This document shows, one piece after another, positions 1-9,772 of a DNA stretch of 64,000 nt. The DNA is from an uncultured Verrucomicrobiae bacterium (GTDB taxonomy: Bacteria > Verrucomicrobiota > Verrucomicrobiia > Chthoniobacterales > UBA10450): positions 1,344,001 to 1,408,000 of the forward strand of contig CAVWPA010000003.1 of NCBI GenBank assembly GCA_963756875.1. Direction: 5' to 3'. Numbering within the stretch: position 1 is the stretch's first letter; each line of letters starts with the position of its first letter. The translations under genes and the position numbers were made by a program. The notes beneath the pieces are model-generated. The model saw nothing but the letters and a program-made list of their open reading frames with translations, did no database searches and was not told the origin of the DNA.

Positions 1-122
1 GAGGTGTCTGGGCGCATGTGCTGTAATCATGGGCGCCGAGATGAAATTGGAATCCTGCTGATTGTCTCGCTGGCCGATCACTTCGCCCCCGGAAACCTGA
101 GAAGGGCCAGATGTGTTCCTGC

Positions 123-144
123 TATTTGGCATAATGTCCAAGTA
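123..144. promoter_or_regulatory. Second, degenerate copy of the ArsR operator
   Basis: TATTTGGC-ATAATG-TCCAAGTA matches the core of the 491-520 site with the same spacing. Confidence 0.6.
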
Positions 145-165
145 ATGAAGTGGGAGCTGAAAGGA

Positions 166-489
166 TCATGCGGCAGCCCTCCCGCGCGATCGCGTCCGCG
201 TTCGGACGATCAGATCCACGCAGCGGAAGAACTCCAGCAGGCACGGGCAACGCAAGCGATAAAACTGGTTGAGGCCGCGCTTCTCCACCTCAACCAGTCC
301 GACCTCCTTCATCACCGCAAGGTGCTTGGAGACTGTGGACATGTCGGCAGCAACGAGCTCGGTAAGTTCGTTGACGCATTTTTCACCGTCGGTGAGCGCT
401 TCCGCGATGAGAACACGAGACGGATGAGCGAGCGCCTTGATGACTGCGGCGCGTCTCTTCGTGCGAGCGCCTATCGAAGCAAGTTTCAT
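166..489 (-). CDS. ArsR/SmtB family transcriptional regulator
   Basis: KALAHPSRVLI...GEKCVNEL...MSTVSKHLAVMKEVGLV winged-HTH pattern; start placed at ATG 489, just downstream of a palindromic operator. Confidence 0.9.
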   Translation of the reverse strand: MKLASIGARTKRRAAVIKALAHPSRVLIAEALTDGEKCVNELTELVAADMSTVSKHLAVMKEVGLVEVEKRGLNQFYRLRCPCLLEFFRCVDLIVRTRTRSRGRAAA

Positions 490-490
490 A

Positions 491-520
491 AAAGTATTTG
501 GCATATACGCCAAATACTTT
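491..520. promoter_or_regulatory. ArsR-type operator (12-6-12 inverted repeat)
   Basis: Perfect IR AAAGTATTTGGC-N6-GCCAAATACTTT immediately upstream of the ArsR start, with TTGACG on the minus strand just beyond. Confidence 0.8.
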
Positions 521-828
521 GCGCGTCAACCGTTGTTTTGCCCGGTCACCACGCCTGCGCCGCCGACCTTCCCCGACTGCTAAGTCCCCGATGCTCGACT
601 CCGCTTAGGGGTCAGTTGGAAAATGCACCGACTATTACCGTGAATCCAATGGCAAGCCCATAAAAGGAATTGTTTGCCGTGTCCGTGGAAGTCCATCCCA
701 AAGAGACGCTTAGACGGGTCTTGACCTGGGAGATTGCTCCCCTTCATGATTGGCTCTTACTCGCCCGGCGGGCAATTACCGCCTTTTTTCCGAATCGAAA
801 CTAGAACCAAGAACAGAAAGGAAAAGTT

Positions 829-1212
829 ATGGGATTATTCAGCAATCTGATGTCGAAAATATTTAGTCATGCGGCCCCGGCCGCGGCCACCGCTGCCGGA
901 ACGCAAGCAGCCGCGCCAGCGCCAGCAGGCGCGGGGCCTGCTCCCGCGGCACCGGCGGTGGATGTGGCTGCCATTCTCAACGGGTTGGCCGCCAAGAATC
1001 CGGAAAAACTGGATTGGAAACACTCGATCGTGGACCTCATGAAACTGGTGGGGATGGATAGCAGCCTTGGGGCGCGGAAGGAACTGGCCAAGGACTTGAA
1101 TTACAGTGGCGACATGAATGATTCCGCCTCGATGAATATCTGGTTGCACAAAGAGGTGATGAAGAAGTTGGCGGAAAATGGCGGGAAAGTGCCGCCAGAA
1201 CTTCTGGGGTAG
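829..1212 (+). CDS. DUF3597 family protein
   Basis: LDWKHSIVDLMKLVGMDSSLGARKELA...DSASMNIWLHKEVM motif after an Ala/Pro linker; GAAAGGA RBS. Confidence 0.85.
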   Translation: MGLFSNLMSKIFSHAAPAAATAAGTQAAAPAPAGAGPAPAAPAVDVAAILNGLAAKNPEKLDWKHSIVDLMKLVGMDSSLGARKELAKDLNYSGDMNDSASMNIWLHKEVMKKLAENGGKVPPELLG

Positions 1213-1255
1213 ATCGTAGAGCGAAGAGCGAAGAGGTAAGGGCGGGGTTCAGAAG

Positions 1256-1303
1256 AAAACGCTGAACGCCCAACGCTCAACGTCCAACGCCGAAGTCAGA
1301 GGT
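1256..1303. repeat. Heptamer-repeat element (CAACGYY family)
   Basis: AACGCCC-AACGCTC-AACGTCC-AACGCCG; related copies near 2580-2610, 25632-25705, 27426-27465 and 60922-60953. Confidence 0.75.
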
Positions 1304-1519
1304 CCTGCGACGCCGGGTAAACTCCGGTCGCAGGTTGGAAAAAGGCAAGCAAGCGTCCGCCCCCGCGCAGGCAGAGGCTTCGGCGTGGCGAGCGCCTGAC
1401 TCTTATATATATAGAGAGGGCTTTTGGCGGGCTCTTTTCTGGTTCTTCTGCGGCCCGACTCGGCCTTTGGGAAACGTCTCCGGATTGACAGCCCTTTGTG
1501 TGGACGTACGCTGCGCGTT

Positions 1520-2500
1520 ATGAACGAAAAACAGATCGAAAATGGCGTCACGCGCCGAACATTTCTTGGGATGACTCTCGCAAGTGGAGCGACACTTCTG
1601 GCGGGTGGATCGGGCAGGATCTTCGGCGCTTCGGCGACAGCAGATGAGACAATTAATTCTACCTGGAAAATAGGCGGCGATCTCACGGTCGATCGGCTCG
1701 GGTTCGGCGCAATGCGCATCACGGGGCCGGGCATTTGGGGCTGGCCGGCCGACCGAAACAACGCGCTGAAAGTTCTCAAGCGGGCCGTGCAACTCGGTGT
1801 GAACTTGATCGACACATCCGACGCATATGGCCCTCACACAAGCGAACTGCTAATCGCTGAGGCGCTCCATCCCTATCCCAAAGGGCTGGTGATCGCGACG
1901 AAAGGCGGGCTCACCCGGCCGGGACCGAACCAATGGGTGCCGGATGGTCGTCCTGAATATCTTAAACAGTGCGTCGACGGGAGTTTGAAGCGACTGCAGC
2001 TCGACCGGATCGATTTGTATCAATTGCATCGGATCGATCCGAAGGTCCCTGCGGAAGATTCGTTAGGCGCGCTCAAGGAAATGCAGGAAGCCGGAAAAAT
2101 TAGGCACATCGGATTATCTGAGGTATCGCCGGAGCAGATTGAGCAGGCGCGCAAGGTGGTTCCAATTGTGACCGTGCAGAACCGGTACAACATCGCTGAC
2201 AGAAAATGGGAGAACACCCTGGATTATTGCGAGAAGAACAGCCTTGGTTTTATGCCGTGGTCTCCGATCGGTGGAAACAGAGGGCTGAAATCCGGCGCAG
2301 CGCTGGAAGCTGCGGCCAAGGCCCATGGCATCAGCATGATTCAACTGGCGCTCGCGTGGCTTCTGCATCGGTCGCCGGCGATGTTGCCAATTCCCGGCAC
2401 CTCGTCCGTTCCGCACCTGGAGGAAAACGTCGCGGCAGCCAAAGTGAAATTGAGCCCGGAGGACTGGAAGCAGATCGATGATTTGGCGGCCCAGGGGTAA
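1520..2500 (+). CDS. Aldo/keto reductase with twin-arginine signal
   Basis: RLGFGAM, IDTSDAYG, IATKGG, IDLYQLH, PIPGT motifs; N-terminal TRRTFLG; TTGACA-16-TACGCT just upstream. Confidence 0.9.
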   Translation: MNEKQIENGVTRRTFLGMTLASGATLLAGGSGRIFGASATADETINSTWKIGGDLTVDRLGFGAMRITGPGIWGWPADRNNALKVLKRAVQLGVNLIDTSDAYGPHTSELLIAEALHPYPKGLVIATKGGLTRPGPNQWVPDGRPEYLKQCVDGSLKRLQLDRIDLYQLHRIDPKVPAEDSLGALKEMQEAGKIRHIGLSEVSPEQIEQARKVVPIVTVQNRYNIADRKWENTLDYCEKNSLGFMPWSPIGGNRGLKSGAALEAAAKAHGISMIQLALAWLLHRSPAMLPIPGTSSVPHLEENVAAAKVKLSPEDWKQIDDLAAQG

Positions 2501-2645
2501 GGGCTAAGAGCGAAGGGTAAGGGGGAAAGACGAAGAAAACGCCGAACCCCGAATGGTTTCGGGGCCGTCCTGCGGCAGGCGCTCAACGTCCAACGCAGAA
2601 GTCACAGGTCGATCGCTCTCGGCTCTTGCCGCTTTTCTCTTTGCC

Positions 2646-4077
2646 CTAGGTCCGAGCGGGCTGTCGCGACGACAAGTAGTTGTCAATGGCGGCGGCGGCT
2701 TTGCGGCTGTCGCGCACGGCGCGCACGACCAGATCGGGGCCACGCACCAGGTCTCCGCCAGCGAACACGCCGGGCACACTAGTCATTTGGTTCTCGTCAA
2801 TCACGACGCCGCCCCATTTGTTGACCTCGATCTTGTCCGAATTGCCTGCGGGAAAGATCGGTACCGGATCGAAACCGAAGGCGACCAACACGACCTCGAC
2901 CGGCACGCTGAATTCGGAGCCGGGAATTTCTCTCGGTTTGCGGCGGCCCTCGGCGTCGGGTTCTCCCAATTCCATCCGCACGCAGCGCGCTTCGGTAACC
3001 TGACCGGTTTCATCGCTTGATAGCGCGACCGGGTTCGTGAGAAACATGAAACGCGCGCCTTCTTCCACGGCATTGGTGTATTCGCGCCGGCTGCCCGGCA
3101 TGTTCTCGAGGTCGCGCCGGTAGATGCAGACCGTTTCGCGCGCCCCGCAACGAACCGCCGTCCGCAAACAATCCATCGCCGTATCGCCTCCGCCCAGGAC
3201 TGCGACGCGTTTCCCTTGGACGTCGATCGGCGGACCGCCTTCCGATGTCTTCGTGCAAATTCTTTTGAATCAAGAACGGCAGCGCATCAAAAACGCCGCG
3301 CAAATCGGCGCCGGGAACATGAAGCTCCTTCGATTTTTGTGCGCCGATCGCGAGATAAACCGCGTCGAATTGCGCGCGCAGATCGGACAACGAAACATCG
3401 CGCCCGACCGTGACACCGCACCGGATCGAAACTCCGCGTTTGCGCAACAGGTCGAGCCGCCGTTCAACGATCCTTTTCTCGAGCTTGAACGACGGGATGC
3501 CGTTGACGAGGAGGCCGCCGGGACGGCTTAACGATTCAAATATGGTGACGGCATACCCGAGCTTGGCGAGTTGATCCGCGCAGGTCATTCCACCGGGACC
3601 GCTGCCGACTACCGCAACCTTGAAGCCGTTCGCCGGCGCGACTGCCGCATCAACGGCGTCGTGCGCAAATGCGTATTCATTAAGAAATTTCTCAATCGCG
3701 CCGATCGCAACCGGCTCCGAGCGCGCGTTCAGAATGCAAGCGCCTTCACAGAGACGTTCCTGCGGACAGATGCGACCACAGATTTCGGGCATGTTGCTGG
3801 TGGAGCGCGACAGTTGTGCCGCTTCAAGGAAACTGCCGTCTGCTACAAGGGCCAGCCATACCGGGATCCGGTTGCCGAGAGGACATGTGTTGGCGCATGG
3901 AGGGTCCGGGCAATTAATGCAACGGCTGGCTTGCTCGCGCGCGGTGGCTTCGTCGTAGAAGCCGTAGACCTCGTCGAAGTCGCAGACGCGTTCGGCGGGA
4001 GGGCGTTTCGACGGCATTTCACGCGAGATGTAGCGCCAGTTATGTTTTGCCGGCCAAGAGTGCTCTGCTGGTTCCAT
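2646..4077 (-). CDS. GltD-like FAD/Fe-S oxidoreductase (glutamate synthase small-chain family), frameshifted near 3240
   Basis: RCINCPDPPC...CP, CGRICPQERLCEGAC, VGSGPGG, then in the shifted frame VLGGGDTAMDC and GVFAGGDL; two ORF pieces join into one ~475 aa protein. Confidence 0.85.
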
Positions 4078-4218
4078 GTAACTTTCCCTTTTAAAGCCAT
4101 ATTCGCACCAACGATCGCGGCGGCTATGCATTGCTTGTGAAACATTGCGCATTTATTGAGCCGCCGCGCAGGGGGCGGAGATGCTCGACCGGTGAAAGCG
4201 AAACGCGGAATAGCGGGG

Positions 4219-5853
4219 CTACGGGCCGTAACTGGCGTATTTCGGCTCGAACATCATCGATTTGATATGAGGACGCAGATCATCTGGTACGTCCCGCGTG
4301 GCGAGATTTTGCCGGCGCGCTGTTTCGACCACGGCCATTGCCACGGATGTTGAAACATCTCGGATCGTGTTCAGGCGCGGATAAACGCTGCCCTGGTCCA
4401 GATCGCTCTGTAAAACCTGGTTAGCGAGAGCATGAGCAGCGGCGAGAAACATTTCATCGGTAACAAGCCGGCTCGCACATGTGATCACACCCAGACCGAC
4501 GCCAGGAAATATGTAAGCGTTGTTGCCCTGCGCCGGCACTAATTCCTTGCCGCCAATAGTAACTGGATCAAAAGGACTTCCGCTGGCGAAGACTGCGCGA
4601 CCATCGGTCCAGCGGTAGGCCTCTTCGGCAGTGCATTCCGCCTTTGAGGTCGGATTGGAAAGAGCGAAAACAATCGGGCGCGCGTTGACCTTCGCGGCGA
4701 CTTCAAGCATGGGTTGCGAGAACGATCCGGCTGTCCCCGTCGTCCCAATCAGCGCGGTTGGTCTGAGAGTTTCGATGATTGCGACTCCATCGGACAAGAA
4801 CTCGTGATCGTGCGCAAATGGTCTCTTATACTGTGCGAGATCATCGCGACTGTTGACGACCAGCCCTTTGGAATCCACGAACCAACAGCATCGCCGGGCC
4901 TCGGCCTCAGACACACCGTGCTCGGCCATGCCTGCGATGATCAAGCTTGCGATGCCGGTTCCTGCTTCGCCCGCTCCGAAAAACAGAAATCGTTGGTCGG
5001 CTAATTTCCCGCCGGTGATGCGCAATGCACCGTGCAAGCCCGCTAAAACAACGGCAGCGGTGCCCTGTATATCATCATTGAACGAGCAGATGTGTTCCCG
5101 ATATTTTTTCAGCAGGCGAAAGGCGTTGTCACGCGCGAAATCCTCGAATTGGACGAGCGCTTGCGGGAAAATCTTCGTTACAGTTGTCATGAACTCATCC
5201 AGCAAGCTGTCATACTCGTCACCGCGAAGCCGTCGCCGGTGCAAGCCGAGATAAAGCGGATCCGCCAGCAGTGCCGGATCGTTGGTGCCGACATCGATTG
5301 TTATGGGAAGACATTGCGCCGGGGGAATGCCCGCGCACACGCTGTACAAAATGAGTTTGCCGATCGGAATTCCCATGCCGTTCGCGCCCAGATCACCGAG
5401 TCCCAAAATCCTTTCACCATCAGTGACCACGATCACGCGAACGTCACGCTCCGGCCAATTGCCCAGAACTTCTGCCACCCGTCCGCGATCCTGGGCTGAA
5501 ATGAAGAGGCCCCGCGCTTTTCGGAAAATGTGGCTGTATTCCTGACATGCCTGTCCCACGGTCGGCGTGTAGATGATTGGCAGCATTTCTTCGACGTGGT
5601 CGATCATGGTGCGATAAAAGAGCGTCTCATTTCGATCCAGCAGGGCGATGAGGAAGATGTAACGCTCCAGAGGCGTCGATTTTTGCCGCAGATTCGCAAG
5701 CACCCGGTTTGTCTGCTCCGATTCCGTTTGGGTATGCGCCGGTAACAATCCGTGGAGTCCGAGCAAGTCTCTCTCTGCTTCGGTAAACGCAGTCCCTTTG
5801 TTAAGTTTCGGATCGTGCAGGAGATCCAAACCACGCCGCAATTTCTCAATCAC
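4219..5853 (-). CDS. maeA: NAD(P)-dependent malic enzyme (MaeA/SfcA type)
   Basis: NKGTAFT, IIYTPTVG, VTDGERILGLGDLG, FNDDIQGTA, FALSNPT; start uncertain (GTG 5853 chosen). Confidence 0.92.
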   Translation of the reverse strand: MIEKLRRGLDLLHDPKLNKGTAFTEAERDLLGLHGLLPAHTQTESEQTNRVLANLRQKSTPLERYIFLIALLDRNETLFYRTMIDHVEEMLPIIYTPTVGQACQEYSHIFRKARGLFISAQDRGRVAEVLGNWPERDVRVIVVTDGERILGLGDLGANGMGIPIGKLILYSVCAGIPPAQCLPITIDVGTNDPALLADPLYLGLHRRRLRGDEYDSLLDEFMTTVTKIFPQALVQFEDFARDNAFRLLKKYREHICSFNDDIQGTAAVVLAGLHGALRITGGKLADQRFLFFGAGEAGTGIASLIIAGMAEHGVSEAEARRCCWFVDSKGLVVNSRDDLAQYKRPFAHDHEFLSDGVAIIETLRPTALIGTTGTAGSFSQPMLEVAAKVNARPIVFALSNPTSKAECTAEEAYRWTDGRAVFASGSPFDPVTIGGKELVPAQGNNAYIFPGVGLGVITCASRLVTDEMFLAAAHALANQVLQSDLDQGSVYPRLNTIRDVSTSVAMAVVETARRQNLATRDVPDDLRPHIKSMMFEPKYASYGP

Positions 5854-5970
5854 AATTTTATTCCAGGTTTCAACAGCAATCTCACAAGCGGGAGCACGCC
5901 CGATTTCCCGATTCCTCAACGACGATAAACCCAAATCGTCGGCGATTCACTCTAGTTTTGCCTCCTCAAG

Positions 5971-6648
5971 TCAGGGTTTGAGTAATTTCACTTTGCCGGT
6001 GTGCAGATCGTACCGCGCGCCGACGATCGTGACTTTTTCTGATTGCACGCGTTCCGCGACGATCGGTTGCGCGGCGCGCAGTTGTTTGACCACATCAAGC
6101 GCTTGCGCCCGAACGGCATTGTCCAGCGGGTCGCCCGGCTTGCCCTTCGTTTCCTCGACGGCCGGTTGAATGGCTTTCAAGACGTCCGCGATGTGGCCAG
6201 GTTCGTTCGCGTGGGAAACGGCGGCCGCGACCGCCCCGCAACTCTCGTGTCCCAGGACAACGATCAACGGAGCGCCAAGATGCTCGACCCCATATTCGAT
6301 GCTGCCCAGCGCGATTGCGTCCACCACTTCGCCCGCCGTGCGAATCACAAAAATGTCTCCAAGCCCCTGGTCGAAAATCAGCTCCGGGGGGACGCGTGAA
6401 TCGGAGCAACTCACTACAATCGCAAACGGCTTCTGACCGTTAACAAGATCCGCGCGGCGCTTGAGTGCATTTTTGCCATCCGGTCGAGCCGTCTTCGCGG
6501 CAACGAACCGGGCATTTCCATTCATCAGCTGTTTTAGCGCCTGATCAGCGTTTAAGTTGTTTGATGGCTCAGTGGCCAGGACATCGGTGAGAGTGACCCA
6601 GCACATCAGCGCTGCCGTCATGACAATCTGCAAGCATCTGGTTTTCAT
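5971..6648 (-). CDS. Beta-class carbonic anhydrase with signal peptide
   Basis: CSDSRVPPE and GHESCGAV zinc-ligand motifs; hydrophobic N-terminus. Confidence 0.92.
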   Translation of the reverse strand: MKTRCLQIVMTAALMCWVTLTDVLATEPSNNLNADQALKQLMNGNARFVAAKTARPDGKNALKRRADLVNGQKPFAIVVSCSDSRVPPELIFDQGLGDIFVIRTAGEVVDAIALGSIEYGVEHLGAPLIVVLGHESCGAVAAAVSHANEPGHIADVLKAIQPAVEETKGKPGDPLDNAVRAQALDVVKQLRAAQPIVAERVQSEKVTIVGARYDLHTGKVKLLKP

Positions 6649-6774
6649 TGTGGTGACATCATGAATGGAGCGGCACGCGGTTGCACGTCATGTTATCTGT
6701 TTTCTTCCCTGCCAGTTTCGGACCACGCAAAATACAAATGGCCAGACTCTTAACCTGTGACTTACAATGAAGTG

Positions 6775-8290
6775 GTGAGGTTGTTTGGGGTATTTTTTTT
6801 GGCGATTTCGGTGGGCTCAGTGCTGGGGCAGAGCATTGCCATTCCATGGAGCGGCCATGGGCACGATCCCCAGCATACTGGAATCTCGAGGACCGCTTCG
6901 CAGCCGCTCGGAGCAAATCCGATGGCAGATGCCGGTGGACCTCATGCCGCATTACAACGGCAATGATCTGCTCATCCATTACGGCTCGCCGCTGGTTACT
7001 CGTCAGAACACGGTGCTTGTGCCGGTGAAAACCGGCACCACGGATGGATTTCGTGTTGAAGCGCGCGACGCGACCGATGGCTCGGTAAAATGGATGCAGG
7101 ATTCCGATTATACGCTCCCGTCCCATAATTGGGTGCCGAGCTTTGGAATCGCGCTTACGCCGAAAAACCGCGTCTATTTTCCGGGCGCGGGCGGCACCGT
7201 TTACTTTCGCGACACGCCGGATTCGGCAACGGGCACAACCGGCCAGCTCGCTTTTTACGGTCTGGCGAATTACCAGGCCAACCCAAGTACATTCAACTCT
7301 TACGTAAAGATTAATACGCCGATCACCTCGGACCGGTATGGCAACATTTATTTCGGCTTCATGGTGACGGGCACGACCACCCCGGCATTGCAGAGCGGCA
7401 TTGCGCGGATTGCAGAGGATGGAACGGGGTCCTGCGTAGCTGCTACCACCGCGGCGGACGACTCAAGCATCACGAAAGTGGCGCACAATTGCGCGCCGGG
7501 GTTGAGTAACGACCAGAAGACGCTGTACGTGGCGGTCAGCACAGGTAGTTATGGCAGGGGATATCTCGTCGCGCTGGACAGCCGTACGCTGGCGCCGATT
7601 TCAAGAGTGCGTTTGATGGACGTCCTGCATCCGACGCGCGACGCGATCATGCTGGATGACGGTAGCGCGTCGCCTACCGTGGGACCGGACGGCGACGTTT
7701 ACTACGGCGTCCTCGAGAATTTCACTTACACAAATAATCATTACCGGGGCTGGATGCTTCACTTTGACAAGACACTCGCGCAAGTGAAGACGCCCGGGGC
7801 CTTCGGATGGGATGATACGCCCTCGATTGTTCCCGCGTCGCTCGTGCCGTCGTATCATGGCTCCTCCGGCTACCTGGTGCTGACGAAATATAACAACTAC
7901 GTCGACGGCGGCGGTGATGGCGTAAACAAAATGGCAGTGCTCGATCCGAACGACACAATGACCGATCCGATCAGCGGTGCCACGGTGATGAAGGAAATCC
8001 TCACCATCGCCGGCCCGACGCCGGATAAGGAATACATCAACCAATATCCCAACGCGGTGCGGGAGTGGTGTATTAACTCGGCCGCGGTGGCCCCGTTCAC
8101 GAAGTCGGCCATCGTGAACAGCGAGGACGGCAAGGTTTACCGATGGGATTTCACGACCAATACCCTGCAACAGGCGCTTAGGCTTACGAACGGCATCGGT
8201 GAAGCTTACACGCCAACGCTCATCGGCGTGGACGGAAGCGACTACGCGATTTCCAACGGGACTCTTTTTGTCATCCGTGCGGCGCCATGA
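6775..8290 (+). CDS. Secreted beta-propeller-like hypothetical protein, frameshifted near 6915
   Basis: Signal peptide and WSGHGHDPQHTG in one frame, continuing in ORF 6785..8290 with repeated SPxxGxDGxVY-type blades. Confidence 0.65.
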
Positions 8291-8922
8291 AAACATCGCG
8301 AAGCCTTCTGCTCCTGTTTTGCGTTCTGCCCTGGGTGACATCTGCGCGCGGGGATTTAACAATTTCGCTTTCGCCTTCCACGCGGTACGGCCCCGGAGGA
8401 ACAGAGATTGTCTTTAGCGGCACGCTGACAAATACGAGCCCGACCGAGAAAGTGTACCTAAACGATGTGCACGCTGCGCTCAGCGGTGCAGCTGCGACCT
8501 ATCTCACGTTCGAGCCGAATGCGTTTTTCTCGAACGTCCCGGGAATCCTGTTGCCGGGAGAGAGCTACAGTAACAGCGAAGTTTTCCGTGTACTATTAAG
8601 CGGGATGACGCCCGCAGCGGATTATCCCGGCACGTTTGTGATTAGCGGCGGCGCGGACATTTTTGCAAACAGCGATTTAACGAGCGCCGGGTTTGTGGTG
8701 TCGTCTCCTGGGAAAATCTACTCGATCACGCACCTGGCGAATGGCCATGTTCTTTTGCAATGCTTCGGTGCTCCGAATGCCATGAACACGATCCAGGCTT
8801 CGCCCGATTTGCTGACACAATTCACAACCTTGGCCACGGTGATGGCTGACGATCAGGGCGCGTTCCAATATGAGGATACCGACAATTTCCAGGCCAGATT
8901 TTATCGGCTCGCATTTCCATAG
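8287..8922 (+). CDS. Secreted hypothetical protein with C-terminal ...FQYED...RFYRLAFP domain
   Basis: ATGA overlap with upstream gene; signal peptide; beta-rich sequence. Confidence 0.7.
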   Translation: MKTSRSLLLLFCVLPWVTSARGDLTISLSPSTRYGPGGTEIVFSGTLTNTSPTEKVYLNDVHAALSGAAATYLTFEPNAFFSNVPGILLPGESYSNSEVFRVLLSGMTPAADYPGTFVISGGADIFANSDLTSAGFVVSSPGKIYSITHLANGHVLLQCFGAPNAMNTIQASPDLLTQFTTLATVMADDQGAFQYEDTDNFQARFYRLAFP

Positions 8923-8953
8923 AGCCGCCTCTTGCGGGCGTTTGTGATCGCTC

Positions 8954-9703
8954 TCACCACGTCCAGTAGAGGCCGAAATACCAGAGTGTATGCTGATCAC
9001 CAGCTACGCTATGGCCTGCAGTAAACAACAAATCGAAGTGGTCTGTGACCTTAAGGGTGCCGCCGAAATTAAGCGCGGCGAATCCCCTGTCAGTGTCGGT
9101 ATCCGCGCCTTGTGCAAAAATTTCCCCGCCAAGCGTGAGATGTTTGCCGAGATCCCGCTGCAGCAGCCAGCCGCCAAACGGATAGTTGCGCTGACCGGCA
9201 GCGGAATTCAGCACCACGCCACCACCACCGTAAGTCGTCCAGGGGTCCCAACTTTTTTGGACCCACAACGGCAATCGAAACCATGCGCGCCCGTTTCCCA
9301 GACCGCGGTCTGCGTCGCCGGTTGGCAGTTCCACCATTGGGAAAACTCCGATTTGCGGACGGTCGCTTGTTTCGTGGAGGAAACGGTACTTAACTCCGAA
9401 CTCCGTATCGCCCAGACCGGAACGTGTGGAGTCGCCGCCGCCGCCAATCGTTGTCACCGGCACGACCAGGTGTAATTGCGTGTCGGGTAGCACGCCATAA
9501 TTCAGTTCCATTGCCGGGCCATTGATCGTATAGCCACTGCCGGCATGATCGCCTTGGCCAAAGAGATAAGCTTCCCAGTGTCGATACTCCACCGGTTCCG
9601 GGTCGTCGGTCAAAAAAGGCGGCCCGGCGACAATGCGTGTCGTGATAATTGGACTCAGGCAAACGGCCAGCAAGATCGTTTTGACGACGTTACTCATGAA
9701 CAT
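8954..9703 (-). CDS. Outer-membrane beta-barrel-like protein (MetA/phenol-pathway transporter-like)
   Basis: Signal peptide, GPPFLTDDPEP, GLGDTEFGVKYRF, LPTGD, terminal aromatic YWTW. Confidence 0.7.
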   Translation of the reverse strand: MFMSNVVKTILLAVCLSPIITTRIVAGPPFLTDDPEPVEYRHWEAYLFGQGDHAGSGYTINGPAMELNYGVLPDTQLHLVVPVTTIGGGGDSTRSGLGDTEFGVKYRFLHETSDRPQIGVFPMVELPTGDADRGLGNGRAWFRLPLWVQKSWDPWTTYGGGGVVLNSAAGQRNYPFGGWLLQRDLGKHLTLGGEIFAQGADTDTDRGFAALNFGGTLKVTDHFDLLFTAGHSVAGDQHTLWYFGLYWTW

Positions 9704-9772
9704 CGAAGCCTACACGATCCGCTGATTCCCAGCAGAACTAACCTCCGACCTCTGGCCGCTGTTCAATTGGGC

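Noticed and set aside
4..663. 219 aa plus-strand ORF
   Set aside because: Overlaps the convincing ArsR gene and its operators on the opposite strand
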